Origin: Octopus vulgaris
Taxonomy: Eukaryota
Reading direction: 5' to 3'
DNA: 64,000 bases
Assembly: GCA_951406725.2 (NCBI GenBank)
Contig: OX597837.1
Span: 20,026,001 to 20,090,000, forward strand
Below, one piece after another: positions 1 to 14,463 of the stretch (positions are counted from its first letter, which is position 1; the number at the start of each line of letters is the position of its first letter). The translations under genes and the position numbers were made by a program. The notes beneath the pieces were generated by a model. The model did no database searches, was not told the DNA's origin, and worked only from the letters and a program-made list of their open reading frames with translations.

Positions 1-62
1 GTGAATTTGTGCGCGCGTAAGTTAATGTGTTGAAAGCTACGAGACGATGACGAATCAAATCT

Positions 63-420
63 GCTTACTCTTTTACTTGTTTCAGTCATTTCACTGTGGC
101 CATGCTAGAGCACCGCCTTTAGTCGATCAAATCGAACCCAAGACTTATTCTTTGTTAACTTAGTACTTATTCTATCGGTCTATTTTGCCGAACCGCTAAG
201 TTACGGGGACGTAAACACACCAGCATCGGTTGTCAAGCGATGTTGGGAGGACAAACACAGACGCACAAACATACACACATATATTTACATATATATACAT
301 ACAAGGCTTTGGTCGGCCCGAGGCTATAGTAGAAGACACTTGCCCAAGGTGCCACGCAGTGGGACTGAACCCGGAACCATGTGGCTGGTAAGCAAGCTAC
401 TTACCACACAGCCACTCCTA
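63..420 (-). mobile_element. tRNA-derived SINE, family A (octopus-type)
   Basis: Minus strand starts TAGGAGTGGCTGTGTGGTAAG (A box) ... GGTTCAGTCCC (B box), has an internal (TA/CA) microsatellite and ends ...GCATGGCCACAGTGAAATGACTGAAACAAGTAAAAGAGTAA; many near-identical copies in the window. Confidence 0.9.
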
Positions 421-951
421 TACCTATATTTACCATAGCTGAATGTTACATTTGTGCTCAATATATTTACTTACATGATGAAGAGGAAACAAACGGTCTT
501 AATTGAGGAAAGTATTAATGTTAATAAATCAAAGTAATAAAAAAAATTAAACCATTATTACATTAATACGTAGTATCTTTAGCTTAATTTTACAGCTTAA
601 TATTACCTATTATTACCTATTTTTTACCAATATTTTAAATAATAATAATCACAAATTCCTGAGATACGTACTTGAATTGAGGTCCTAGTAACCTGTACAC
701 AACACAGTTACTTGTAAATAAAACTTTATATTCATAAATTTTGAAAACGGTTCATACCATCGCAAACCGGTTAGTTAAGTGTGATTACTCTTCTATAAAA
801 TCTCATTTATCTCAAATTGAGATAGGGGTTGTAAATGTTTTTATATTCAACCCTACAGTCTCTTATGTGGTGGTTTAATAAAGTATGTGATTGAGTATTA
901 TCTGGTAATTGATATTTGATTTAGATGTATTTCTCCATTTTCTTATCTTGT

Positions 952-1197
<246 letters not shown>

Positions 1198-1297
1198 CTT
1201 ATTAATATTCGGTATTTAAATATATCTATATTGAAGAGCTATTTCTCAACAATGTAAAGTATTAAACCACTGTATCTTGAATGAAATCATCCCTTTA

Positions 1298-2128
1298 AGA
1301 GGTCTGGTCAATAAGTATCCGGACTGTTGCCATAGTAATAAAGCTAAAGCACGCATGCACACTAAGTATTATCGTTCTAGCTCACTACTGTTGTTTACAG
1401 TACTGTTTGGAAGAAGGTGTGTAGCGTATGATCGTCACATTGACCATGGCGGCGAAAGTTGTCAATGCGATATGTGCTTAGGGACCGGTCAAGGTTGTAG
1501 AAAGTGTATGGAGAGAATGTATGAGATGCACGCAAGTGTACGCGTGGGACAGACATTTCCAAGATGGCGGAAAAATGTCGATATTGATGAAGTTCTGGGA
1601 GACACGCAACCAGCAGAACTGAGAAAAACATGGCAAATGGGTGTGCATTTGTGAGGAGAAATCTCCGAATCACCATCCGTAAGAGAGGATATGCAGATTA
1701 GTTACAGTTCAGTTCAGTCTATTATAACTCAAGATTTTGATATAAGACGTATGTCTGCCAAGTTTACGCCAAAACTGCTTTCAGTTGATAAAAAGATACT
1801 CGAATTTCAGTTGTACAAAATCTCCTTGATTGTGTCGAGAACGATGAAAACTTTTTGGAAACTTTGCTTTGGCCTCTGAACAATACAATTTTGGCAAAAT
1901 TTGATGCAAAATTTGATGCAGATTCTCTGCTCAGTTTTCTGTCATGGTCAGTGCGACGATCACACGCTACACAACTTCATTTTAAGTACTGCTGTTAACA
2001 GCAGAAGTGAGCTTGTAAGTTGAAACTAAGTGCGCATACACAGCAGAGCTCAAGGTGAATTTGTGCGAAGCAGCTTCACTCTGTGTGCTTTAGCTCGCTA
2101 CTATAGCAACAGTCCGGATGCTTATTGA
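1298..2128 (+). mobile_element. mariner-type DNA transposon, internally deleted and decayed
   Basis: TIRs TCAATAAGTATCCGGACTGTTGCCATAGTA..GCTAAAGCAC (from 1308) and GTGCTTTAGC..TACTATAGCAACAGTCCGGATGCTTATTGA (to 2128); internal peptide ISYSSVQSIITQDFDIRRMSAKFTPKLLSVD resembles the mariner HTH/'WVPHEL' linker region; no catalytic domain left. Confidence 0.85.
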
Positions 2129-2170
2129 TATACATACATATATACATACATACATACATACATACATACA

Positions 2171-2206
<36 letters not shown>

Positions 2207-2489
2207 TATATGTGTGTGTGTGTGTTTATGTGTGTGTGTGTGTGTGTATGTGTGTGTGTGTGTGTGTGTGTTTATATATAAAAGAAAAGAAGTGGAGCAA
2301 CAATAAACAATTAGAAGTTGATCATTGGTATTAAAAGTTCATAGTTTATTTGTAGTTCAAGAATTCCAAAGCTGATAGAAATAGTAATAAGAATTACAAA
2401 AGAAAGACGAATAATATTCATTGCCGTAACTTAACGATCTACAATAATACTGATGGCAGTTTTTACATCAAAAACAAAAATGATAAAAA

Positions 2490-3300
2490 TAATAAACGGA
2501 ATAAAGATAACATCTGGCTAATAATCCCCTTCGCGATAAAACTAAAAGCTAATATTGTTAAATCTATAATGAAACTTATAAATACGCACTTCAATATAAA
2601 TACGAAATACTCAGAAATCATTAGTAATAAAATTAGAGTAGGCCATAACCTAACCAGCAACTTAGCAACTATTATAGCCTCTATCAACAATAAAAAGCTA
2701 TGAAACAAGAAAAAATAACAATAAAAAGCACATCAACCAAACGATTAACATAATAAGTGATCCCCTAAATAACTCGCCCTCTAAAAATTCAGACAGCTAC
2801 CTTATAAAGGATAATCCCCGTCCACCATATCATAGGCACAGATAATCTTACTAATCTATGTGGTTGCAGAGATGAAAATACTTGTGAATTCTTGAATAAC
2901 TGTAAAACTAAAAATGCAATCTACCAGTGTGATGTATTCTCCAATCATTACAAGAAAACTTATATGAGAGCAACTAAAAATGAAATGAAACTCAGACATA
3001 ATTCCCAATACACAAATTTCAGAAATAGAAGGAAGGCCAACTCTACTGGATTAAGTAGTTATATCTAGGAACTGAAAGACAATAACATTAATTATAGATT
3101 AGAATGGCGTATCCTAGCCAAAACATCTTCATATAACCTTAAAAATGATCGCTGTAATTTATGCATAAATTAGAAATTCTTCATTTTAATGGCCAAATCA
3201 GAATTACTTAATAAACGAGACGAGAAAAATTAACAAGTTTACTTAGATAAATTTTATATTTTCAAAATTTCTGGATGCTACTGTCTTATGAAGTTTTCCT
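2490..3300 (+). pseudogene. Penelope-like retroelement remnant (RT thumb, Cys linker, GIY-YIG endonuclease), Nematis-like
   Basis: Manual translation gives KRNKDNIWLIIPFAIKLKANIVKSIMKLINTHF...; from 2859 CGCRDENTCEFLNNCKTKNAIYQC...TYMRATKNEMKLRHNSQYTNFRN...STGLSSYI*ELK...EWRILAK...RCNLCIN*K...LLNKRDE, matching the PLE CxC..C..C linker, degenerate GIY/YIG and CxLCxxEK/LNKRxE motifs; contains stops. Confidence 0.85.
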
Positions 3301-3493
3301 ATCTTGTCATTAAAATGGGGAGGAGTTAGACTTCTTTTGATATTTTGTCCTGTACTAAACCTGTACTTATCTCTCTGTGTTTACGTATTCTTCACTCACT
3401 GGTGATGTTCTGTACTTAATGCGTATCTTTTGTTTATTCATAATCGAACGTCACGCAGCCTTGTCCACTGCACGTTCTTACATTAATAACAAA

Positions 3494-3572
<79 letters not shown>

Positions 3573-3580
3573 TAGATAGG

Positions 3581-3664
<84 letters not shown>

Positions 3665-4969
3665 CTACTCTCAGGCAGACTAAATGAGAATGGTCCACTA
3701 AGGAACCATACGCATATAGAAATATGGCCGTATCTTTCTCCATTCGACTTTAAATGCAAGATTCTCTCCAATTTGAATTTTCTATATTTTTCAGAGAACT
3801 TCGAATAAATGATCTTTTCGAAGTTATCTTCTTTGTCTGCTGTTTTTAGAGGTCCTGTGTTTTTGTGAACGTGTGTGTGCGTGTGTGTGTTTGTAAATAC
3901 ATGTTACTTTCGTGTTTTCAAGTATGAGAACGGAGATGACATCCTGTGATTGCTCATACTGCTAGAAATACCTGCCAAATTTTTTCATAACTCGTGACGC
4001 TAGAGAATAAATGCTGTCCAAAATACGTACACTATGACTCATAAAAAAATTCCATGATAGTTACAGCTGGTCTTCTCTATCAGGATCAAACTTAGGGCTA
4101 AACACCTGCAACAACAGCTTTCAAAGAAACAAACGAGGGAGACTACATGCAGGTATTTGACATTGCAGAAATAGCAACCAAATTCCCCTTGCTTCGCTAT
4201 ACTCCCTGTTTTGAAAAAAGGCTGGCAAATTTGGAATCAAATATTAATAATAACCACTACAAGAACATTAATAGTAGCGGCTTTCATAATTATCTTTTAG
4301 TACACTGAGTAAAGTATTCTTAGAATTTTAATTTCCTATGTCTCATCTCTAGCTCTTTCTGGGGTCTTTGACACTGAAGTCCATTTCCTGCTATCACACC
4401 AAATTCCTGGCTCTTCTGGACATCCATACAATTTGTGGCCTTAAATACGTTACTTCCTTTCACGACTTGTTAATTCTGGATCAGTGAATAAGACACGTGA
4501 TGTGGACATTAAGCAATTGCATATGTGTGTGTGTGTAAGCTTGAATGTGTGTGTGTGTGTGCAGATGTACATACGTATACACATACACATACACACACAC
4601 ATGTATAGTTTCTGTATCGTTTGCTTTTAGTTGCTTCAATCGTTAGACTGCGGCCAAGCTGGGGCGCTGCCTTGAAATATGTATGTATAGATGTGTGTGT
4701 GTGTATGTGTGTGTGTGCGTGTGTGTGTGTGTGCGTGTGTGTGTGTGTACACAGAGCGGTAGACAGGGAGAGAGCTGGACAGACTGTCAGACAGATACGT
4801 ATATATATGCACAGCTTTCGAACATACGCACGCATGCACGCACCCACCCACACACACATGCTCACACACACACACACACGTACACAGACACACACATGCA
4901 TACACACACATTATTCCATTCCAAGGTTGGGCGATAGATATATAGATAGATAGTTTATATACATACATT

Positions 4970-5177
4970 CATATATGTATGTATGTATGTATGTATGTGT
5001 GTATGTGTGCAGGTAGGTATGTATGCATGTGTGTATTACTATGTGTATGTATGAATGTATATGCATGCATGCATGCATACACACATACATACATACATAC
5101 ATACATACATACATACATACATACATACATACATACATACATACATGCATGCATACATACATACAAAAATACATACA

Positions 5178-5211
<34 letters not shown>

Positions 5212-5300
5212 CATACATACATACATACATACATACATACATACATACATACATACACACATACATACATACATACATATATACATACATACATACATAC
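4970..5300. repeat. (TATG)n/(TACA)n microsatellite block, head-to-head orientation
   Basis: Direct reading. Confidence 0.95.
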
Positions 5301-6149
5301 AGATCATTGTCTATAATTTAGAAATGAAACGCAATTCATAAGCAAAGTGTTATTCCCTACAAAAGTGATACGCTTAATATCGCCGTACATTGAAGGGATA
5401 TAAACGATAAAGATTTAAAACAATTACTTGTGGAAGTATTTTCCACCTGTTCTTTATTTTAATTTTTATAAATATTGTTCATCTACGTGACTGGTTTAGA
5501 ATAAGAAAATTTGTAGATCTAACCAGCCGATAATAGCGGGAATCACCTTATAATTCTCATCAACCGAACGAGAGAGAAAGAATCACTCATGAAAGAGCGA
5601 TGCCCAAAGAATTTCTCCAAGGCATCGAAGCTAAGGTCCTTATAATTCTCAATTGCTTTAGCAATTTCTACTAAATAAGAGAACCAAAAGCATAATATTT
5701 AGCATGTAATTTATAATATATAAGGTCCTGTGTGTACAATAGTCGTGCAAAACTGAAGGAAATCTATTTGAAGGTGTTGCGTCGAATATCTAAGGATTTG
5801 ACTACAATAATCTTCTCAAAGAAATTAAATGGAACTGAAAAGCAAGTATAGTACCTTACTAGACAGATAATACCTTACAACATTCTTGGACTATGTATAG
5901 TTTTAACTAAATTTTCTAACATTTGTTCAACCGTATATGTGTCATGCAAAAATTGCTCATTTACTGAACAAGGCGTTAGTTGTAATAAATTTGCTTCAAT
6001 TTTGTAAGAATTAGAATATGTTTTTGACTGAGAAAGAATACAAATTTGGCGATTCACATTCATAATATTTGGCCTACAACTCTACTAGACACGGATTTCA
6101 AGATTTTGGTCAAGGTGTGGGACGAGGTTGGAGTGTGTCTTTGGTAGTT

Positions 6150-6400
6150 AACGAAAAGTCGATCTCGGTGGAATTCAAACTCAGAACGCGAAGAGCCGGA
6201 AGAAATGTTGCTAAACGTTTTGTCCGACGTGCTAGTGATTTTGCTAGCTCACCACTTTAATAATAATAATCCCAGCCAATGTAAGCAGAAGGCCTGAAAT
6301 TTTGGGAAAGATGCGGACGGGGCTAGTGTTCAACTGGTTCTTCTTTTATCGATCCCGAATGGATGAAAGGCAAAGTCGACCTCGGTAGAATATGAAGTCA
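6150..6400 (-). mobile_element. SINE family B fragments
   Basis: Reverse complement of the family B head and of the GGTCGACTTTGCCTTTCATCC central domain. Confidence 0.7.
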
Positions 6401-6928
6401 GATGTCTGTTTGTTAGCCAGCCTTGAATGTCTTAGCGTTGGGCAAACCCTTTTTTAAACTCAAAGAGTAATCAGTCATCATATTCACATCCCACATCCCT
6501 TGATATTTCTTCTCTATTACCTTCATATCTTGGTGAAATCTTTCTTCCTATTCATCACTGTGTCTCCTAAATTCGGTGGAGATTAATCCGAGTGACTGAA
6601 CAAAAAATGTATCTTGATACTGGTTTTGTATCCGAGAGAATGAAAGGGACCAAGGTATTGTTTCAATAATTTCCTTGAAATTGTTTGCTTTGTTGTTGCC
6701 AGAACCCCTGAACTAAATCTGCACCTGGGCCCTTCCAATTCGGCATTTTTCCTAACACTTTACTCATTAATGTTCTAGTTAATCTTAGATCTGGCTGCTT
6801 CTCACTCACTGCTTCTTCCCTCACTTTCTTTAACTATACTGCATCTCCATTATGACTGACTGGCTTATCCCAAATATTACTCCAGAACTTTATAGCTTCT
6901 TCTGCATTTATTATTATTGTTATTATTG

Positions 6929-7135
6929 AAAGCGGCGAGCTGGCAAAATCGTTAGTATGCTTAGCGGCAATTCGTTCGTCTCTACGTTCTGAGTTCAAAT
7001 TCTGCCGAGGTCGACTTTGCCTTTCATCCTTTCGGGGTCAATAAAATAGGTTCCAGTTGAGCACTTTTGTTGATGTAATCGACCTACGTCTCTACTCCGA
7101 AATAGTTGGCCTTGTACCGAATTGGAAACCATTGT
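6929..7135 (+). mobile_element. tRNA-derived SINE, family B
   Basis: AAGCGGCGAGCTGGCAAAATCGTTAG head, GAGTTCAAATTC B box, central domain CCGAGGTCGACTTTGCCTTTCATCCTTTCGGGGTC resembling the shared Ceph/Meta-type SINE domain (from memory), followed by an (ATT)n-rich tail. Confidence 0.85.
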
Positions 7136-7174
7136 TGCTGTTGCTATTATTATTATTATCGTTTTTATTAGAAA

Positions 7175-7372
<198 letters not shown>

Positions 7373-7694
7373 GTTCAGTAAAAGTGAATAAAAAAATTAT
7401 TTCCGCTAATCGAAAACTGATCACTGATCCTTAAATTATACAGACCATAGAATATATTTCGGTTTGCAGAAGTTATTGGTTGCTTAACTTTTACCCATAT
7501 GATGATCAGAAAAGCAAAAACACTAGCAACAACAACAATAGCAAAGACAACGACGACGACGCAGTAGACAGATGAAACGACAAAAACGAAACACGTCATC
7601 TCTGATACGAACATAATGTTTCCAAAATATTAGAATCTACATTTAAAATTCCCGTTTCCCACGCATGATTTCATTTTTCAAGAAAATAGCGAGT

Positions 7695-7753
<59 letters not shown>

Positions 7754-8277
7754 TGCAACAAAGAGTGTAGTAATAATAATCGAAATAAAGCCATAAGAAA
7801 AAAATGTGTAACACAGACACACGAGAAAAAAACCGTATTTTCCAAAGTCCCTATCATTTTCTAGTTTCACTTTCTCTTTCGTTAGTCTTCTTTATTTAGA
7901 TTTCAACAAATTTCATTGTTCCTTTAACTGGAAAGACCAGAAGCCAATAAGAAATAAGAAAGATAAGTAAAAAAAATTAAAGGGGGATATTGGAAAAAGA
8001 AGACGGAAGATAAGAAAGAAAGGAAGGAAAAAAAGAAAGAAGGAAGAAAGAAATATGAGGAAAATTTATCACCTGAAGATTAGCAGGGAATCATAGAAAT
8101 ATTGCAGCAAAAGGTTTTAGTTTACACACTGGAAAATGTTAAGTTTATTTATAAATTCATACTTACAGTTTTGTAATCGCAACTCTGAACAGATATATGT
8201 CACGTGGATACTGCAGTACCTTACACACACGCACACCCCGCTACCTAGCTATTCACATTCATCATATGAGCGTACAT

Positions 8278-8325
<48 letters not shown>

Positions 8326-8519
8326 ATGTGTGTGTATGTATATATATTTGCTTCTACATATTTCTTTTGGAATCAGTTCTTTTGCCAGTTCTTATATTTT
8401 CTTTCACAACTATTCCTTGTCTCAGATTTGTTATGACTCTCCTTTCTCTCTCTTCTCTTTATTCTTTATTATTTTTATTCAAAAATTTAGGTTGTTTTTC
8501 TTTCATTCTTCTAGCACTC

Positions 8520-8538
8520 ACACATGTATATTATACAC

Positions 8539-8621
<83 letters not shown>

Positions 8622-8667
8622 ATATATATATGTATATATACATATATATAATATATATGTGTATATA

Positions 8668-8723
<56 letters not shown>

Positions 8724-8769
8724 ATATATATATGTATATATACATATATATAATATATATGTGTATATA

Positions 8770-8807
<38 letters not shown>

Positions 8808-8890
8808 CATGCACATATATATTCACACAAACTTTTAGATGCATGTATATAAGCGTGTGTATATGTGAGTATATGTATGTATGTGTATAT
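8520..8890. repeat. (TA)n microsatellite with a ~100 bp higher-order duplication
   Basis: Unit ACATAATATATATATGTATATATACATATATATAATATATATGTGTATATATTC occurs at ~8617-8670 and ~8719-8772. Confidence 0.9.
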
Positions 8891-9045
8891 TGATGTCATA
8901 AGAATTTCATGAACTTCGAGAGAACGTGAACTAATTCTTGTTATTTTTGGAACGGTAATTCTAGAAGTAGATAAAGCTATAAATAACAGCATGTTAATAG
9001 CGGCTAGAATAAACTTTTTGAAAGAAAAAGTAGAAGGCTGACATT

Positions 9046-9083
<38 letters not shown>

Positions 9084-9100
9084 ATTAAATCTTTTCAGTG

Positions 9101-9137
9101 GACGCTCGAGTTTCACGCCACTGCGTTCTTCAGGCTA
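9101..9137 (-). ncRNA. degenerate minimal hammerhead ribozyme motif
   Basis: Minus strand CTGAAGA-ACGC(AGTG)GCGT-GAAA-CTCGAG (palindrome); U16.1 and stem I are not intact. Confidence 0.45.
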
Positions 9138-10829
9138 GCTATTTTTTGTTATGTTATTACAAATTGTCTTATGATACATTTGAAGACCTAAGGCCTGCAG
9201 GGATATCACCTTAGGTGGTGTTCCATTTTATTCTTGCTGATTTCACTTCTCAATCTATCGCTAGTCCTCCATTCTCTATCGCTAGTTCTCCATCCTGTAT
9301 TCGTCGATTTCACTCTTACATGAAGCTCTACCTAATTATCACTTCTTTTCATTATTTAATTCTTGTCTTTTAATCGTTGTCATAATTTTCCGTTCATAAA
9401 ACGCCTCTCACTCAGCTTTTTACGCAGCAACTGAGGATGTGCTTCAGTTCCCTTGGTGTAGTGACACCATCTTCGCATAGCAGAACAGATCGAGTGCGCA
9501 ATATGAAGACGCGTCTGGATTAAAGAATCTCACTCGGTGTGACTCTGCTCTCTAAAACTTGGATCATTAACATTTACTCTCTCATATAAGCTTTTATCTT
9601 TTCTAGGACCTTTACTGTCCCGTTGGCTCCTTCCTTTCCCACTGACGGTCGCACCTTATCCTAGAAGAAAAACCTCCAGTAATTCATTGAGATTTTGTCT
9701 TAACGATGTCTGCTACTCAGACCATCCTCCCAGCTTATCCTGACGTTGACATTATATCATCCTCAGAGACTTTTGGATATTGTCGGTATTGTAGTACCTC
9801 TACCCAGTAGGTGTTATTACAGTTTATTCGTTCAAGCTACTGATAAGAGCTTCAAATAGCCCTAACTGTTCATGTGCAGTTGTTAAAAAATACAGGTCAT
9901 ATTCCTTACTTTCTGGAGTAAAAAATCATCAAACTATTACCTACTCTCAGACCGGACCTTCTACTACACCTACCGTTCAATAAGCTGCATAATATTCTCC
10001 CTGCTGTTTCAATTGCTACCCCAACAAGTCCACTTTCTTAAAAACCAGGACTGGAGCTTAATATGTCATCGGTCGATCTGTAAGGATAAACGGCCAATTA
10101 TTCCATAAATTACGCCCTACAGGCTGTAGAAAAATGCACATTAGATAATGTAGTCCGTTGTCCGAACATAAAGATGGCGGTGGCCATGACTGGAATGTCT
10201 GTGACCATAAATATACTGGATTTGGAAACGATTTGGGGAATAACAAATCGCAACAACAACGTCTCTGAATATGCATGTTTTGCATCTAATGATTCATCGG
10301 AGCAGTAATTATATTAATGAGTAATTTAGGTTTCACTGTTTAATCGGGCTATGTAATAGAGAAATGAAAGATTATTTTGATTATAATAAAATTGCGCTTT
10401 CAAACCTTTTTACAACGTCAATACATTTCTATTTTAACTAAAAATAAGTTAACACACACTGAATATACTTTTTCTAAATTAACATCGTATCGCCTGTAAA
10501 AGAGAAATTAATCGAGTTCGCGTGTGACATTAAAGCTGCAAGATGACAAAAGGCAATCAATAATTTGCAATAATATTACAATAAAGACTCCGAATGTAAC
10601 GTTTTAAACAAACACTTTATTACGTATGAAATGAAATCCAAAACAAATTCAGTTGCAGATGAAACATTTAGTCATAAGCCAGTCGATTGATAAACTATGG
10701 ACCGAAATCAAAAATATATTCTTAAGAATTACACACGCTCACACAGACACGCGCGCGCACGCACATGCATTCGGGATTCTTTCAGTTTCTCTTTATGAAA
10801 TCCACTCAAAAACATTGATACATATGTTC

Positions 10830-11040
10830 TTTTATTCTTTTACTTGTTTCAGTCATTTGACTGTGGTCATGCTGGAGCACCGCTTTGAAGGTTTTAGTCG
10901 TGCAAATCGACCTCGCGGATTATTTTTGCAAGTCTAGTACTTATTCTATCGATGTCTTTTGCCGAACCGATTAGTTACGAGGAAGCAAATCACACAGCGA
11001 TGATGAGGAAACAAACACAGACACAATGACATACATATAA

Positions 11041-11125
<85 letters not shown>

Positions 11126-11165
11126 GACGGGATTCTTTCAGTTTCTGTTTACCAAATCCACTCAA
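10830..11165 (-). mobile_element. SINE family A, 5'-truncated
   Basis: TTTACTTGTTTCAGTCATTTGACTGTGGTCATGCTGGAGCACCGC...GCCGAACCG..., with internal (CA)n(TA)n. Confidence 0.85.
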
Positions 11166-12288
11166 AAAACAGAAAGGTTTTGCTTTCTTTTTGTTTTCCT
11201 TTTGTAGTTTAATTTACCTTCTTGCATTGTTCCGACCTTGAACAACAAATCTCTTTAAAATATATCTGTATGCATGTATGTATCTACGTACATATGTATG
11301 TACGCATGTATGTATGTATGTATGTATGTATGTATGTATGTATGTATGTATGTATGTAGGTATGAAGGCTAAAGATTCGGGGATAACACTGCCAGCGTTT
11401 TTACTGAAAGATGGAAACAAAACTCCTTAAAGATTTGCACTAGTTCGGCATTGTATTACAACCGTACTAAACACAGAATTTCCGTAAACACGGTATAATG
11501 CTTCATTATGCTCTATAAATATCTAGCATTTACTTTTTTTTTGCTCCACCGCTTTGCTAAATTCGAGCAGAGTTGAAAATATCATTAACAGTTTCATTTT
11601 CCTATTTATTGCCAATAGACAAGATATAATAACATTTGTTCTGGCGATTTCAATTGCATTTATCAATAACAGTGGGATAGCTTTGGGTGGCGGGAGCAAT
11701 GTTGAAGCCTTCCTTTTCATTTCGACTTAAAGGACGCCACACAACACAAACATTTATTCAAAGGCTGTTTCACTTGTATTGTCCGTAAAGATCATAAAAT
11801 GGTGTCAAAGTTGGACAGTCATCTTAGCCTCGTTTTCAAAACATTGTTCTTTGAAATATTTACCTTCCTCGTTTATTGGTTCGGAAATTTCGCCGTCGTT
11901 GTTGTTGTTGTTGTTGTTTGTGATGTTGTTGCTGTTATTGTAGTTGTTATCGTGTGCCGTTGTTGTTGTTGTTGTTGTTGTTGCTGCCGCCGCCTCTACC
12001 GTTTCTGGCGTTGAAGGTATTGGTTTGTTTTATTATCTCTTCCGAACACTTCTATTAAACAAATCTTTTTTCCCTCTGTTTTCTTTCTTTTGTTCATCAC
12101 TTTAGGAAGGATTGGCCTAAATTATAACACCTGCTCAACATCACTGTGTCTCTCTACCTCTCTGCGTGACTGCAAACATACATATAACGTATGTGTGTGA
12201 GTGTGTGTGTGTGTATGCGTGTGTGGTATACATGCATATACACATACAAACACATGTATATACATACACACACACACATTTATATGTG

Positions 12289-12331
<43 letters not shown>

Positions 12332-13370
12332 GGCTGTGTGTGTATAATATATGTGTATATATAATATACAATATATAAACATATATGATATATATATTAT
12401 ATAATATACACAAAACATAATATATATATAATTGATATGTATACAATATATATATAAAATACTTAATTTATAAATATATATACGTACATACATATACATG
12501 TATATTCATATGTGTGCGTGCGTGCGCGCGTGCGATATATATGTATATAAAGTAGGGAGCTGACAGCATCTTTAAAGCATCGGGGACAAAATGCCTTGCG
12601 ATATTCCGTTCTTCCTTGGGTATATTTCTATATCTATTTGTTTTTGTGATTAGATTGTGGCCATACTGGGGCACTACTGTATCTATTCCGTGAATATTTA
12701 GCGGAATATGGTTATTATGCGAATAATAGTGATGCTACGTTGTGTTCTTGAGAAAAACACTCCATTTCACGCAGTTCCAGTTCCCGCAGCCGTAAATGCA
12801 TAACCTTGCGTCGGACCGGCGTCCCGTTGGGAGTTATACTGTTCACATACACACCATGGAAACTGACTGACGGCTTTTCTAGGACTCGAGGCAGCAATAT
12901 TCAGAGGACTGACTGTATTTATTAAGCTATTAATTTTTATTATACTAATTTTATCAATTTTTGAATTGGTAAATTACACTCTACATAGTACATAGCATAC
13001 TTGTAAGTTATGGGCGTATAAACGACGCTGTCCGTATTGTCCGGATGATTCAGTCACCGAATGACAACATTTGTTTGTTAGTATAACAGTCTGTGTCACC
13101 GGTAATATGATTATCGTATGTTTTTTTTTAAAGACTGCTGTATATAAACAACTATTTCCTCTGCTGACGAGATAGAAATCAACAATCAAACACAGCGCCA
13201 GGCTTAACGTGAGATGACATTAAGCTTGATATTTTCTATTCGTACATCTTACAGCATTTTGTGTATATCTTAAATTAGATTATAAATACATATATGTCTA
13301 TATGTGTTTGTCTCCGTGTGTACATATTATATGTTTGTACGTATGCATGTATATGTGCATGTTTATGTGC

Positions 13371-13423
<53 letters not shown>

Positions 13424-13429
13424 CATATA

Positions 13430-13640
13430 TAAAATACAAAATAGGACATGAACGCAAAACATCCAGATAAACGATGCAAGGAAAACAAGGACGGGTCATT
13501 TGGAGTTTTCTTTCCTCAGTCGAGTTCCAGATTATCTTTGTAATTTTGGCTGGTTATACTCGAGATTGCTGCAATCTGGCCAGCCCCAAGGAAAAACTAA
13601 GCTAAGAGCATTAGATTCATTGGGAGAAAACAGCGAATGT
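13430..13640 (-). mobile_element. dispersed TA-embedded repeat (copy at 26800-27115), PLE terminal-repeat-like
   Basis: Reverse complement aligns by eye with 26921-27090 (GGCCAGATTG..TCTCGA..TAACC.GCC, ACTCGACTGAGGA..TCC.AATGACC). Confidence 0.6.
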
Positions 13641-13659
13641 AATTGAAAACAATTGTCTT

Positions 13660-14272
13660 TGCACTGAGGCCATCCGGACTCCTGCCGTCGCCGTAAACAG
13701 GGATTCATCTTCTCTCTTCGCTCCTTTGCGCGACAAGGGTTTAACTCCCCTCCTCTCTTCATCTGACTGTCCTTCTCTCCTCTTTTCCTCTGACACCTAC
13801 TTCCTCTCTTCGCACCTACCCACCATCTCTCTTCATTGATACCCCTCCATCGACCCCCACATACCCACACCTGACCCCACACTTCCACCCCACCCTCACA
13901 TCCCCCACACCGCACACTTCCACACGCAAACATCCACACTTCAAAGACACTACTCCTACACAAGCTTACACATTCTCACATACACACACGCATAAGCACC
14001 ATCGTTTTGGGATCAATACTTTATTATCTCTCCTTCTACCGCTCCTGTCAAACCTTTGTCCCCCCAACCAGTCGCCATGCTTGATCGCTAAATCCACAAG
14101 TTTTTGTTTTTCTCTCTATATTTATTTCTCTTATTCCTTTCTGTTGAAGAACGTAGGCTCGAAACGTAAAAGATTTTTCTCGTTTTCACGAGCGTCAAAC
14201 TAATACACTTGTTTGTTCATATACCTGTTTTCGTCTTTTGTTTTTCTATAAATTTCAAATATATACATACAT
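13660..14272 (+). mobile_element. 3' end of a Penelope-like element (Neptune-like EN C-terminus, 3' UTR, hammerhead-bearing terminus)
   Basis: RRKQGFIFSLRSFARQGFNS resembles the PLE GIY-YIG C-terminal RxxExxxIFxLxxxxPxGLN motif; C/A-rich 3' UTR; hammerhead-like motif at 14137-14172; ends in a (TA)/(CA) repeat. Confidence 0.65.
14137..14172 (+). ncRNA. minimal hammerhead-like ribozyme, CUGUNGA family
   Basis: CTTT-CTGTTGA-A-GAAC(GTAG)GCTC-GAAAC-GT-A-AAAG; stem I CUUU/AAAG, stem III palindrome ACGT. Confidence 0.6.
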
Positions 14273-14277
14273 ACATT

Positions 14278-14365
<88 letters not shown>

Positions 14366-14394
14366 AAGACAGGCAGACAGGCAGACAGACAGAC

Positions 14395-14463
<69 letters not shown>

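Noticed and set aside
10171-10310. AAGATGGCGG (YY1-like) motif and short ATG ORF
   Set aside because: Single motif, ~44 codons, no splice donor or homology support.
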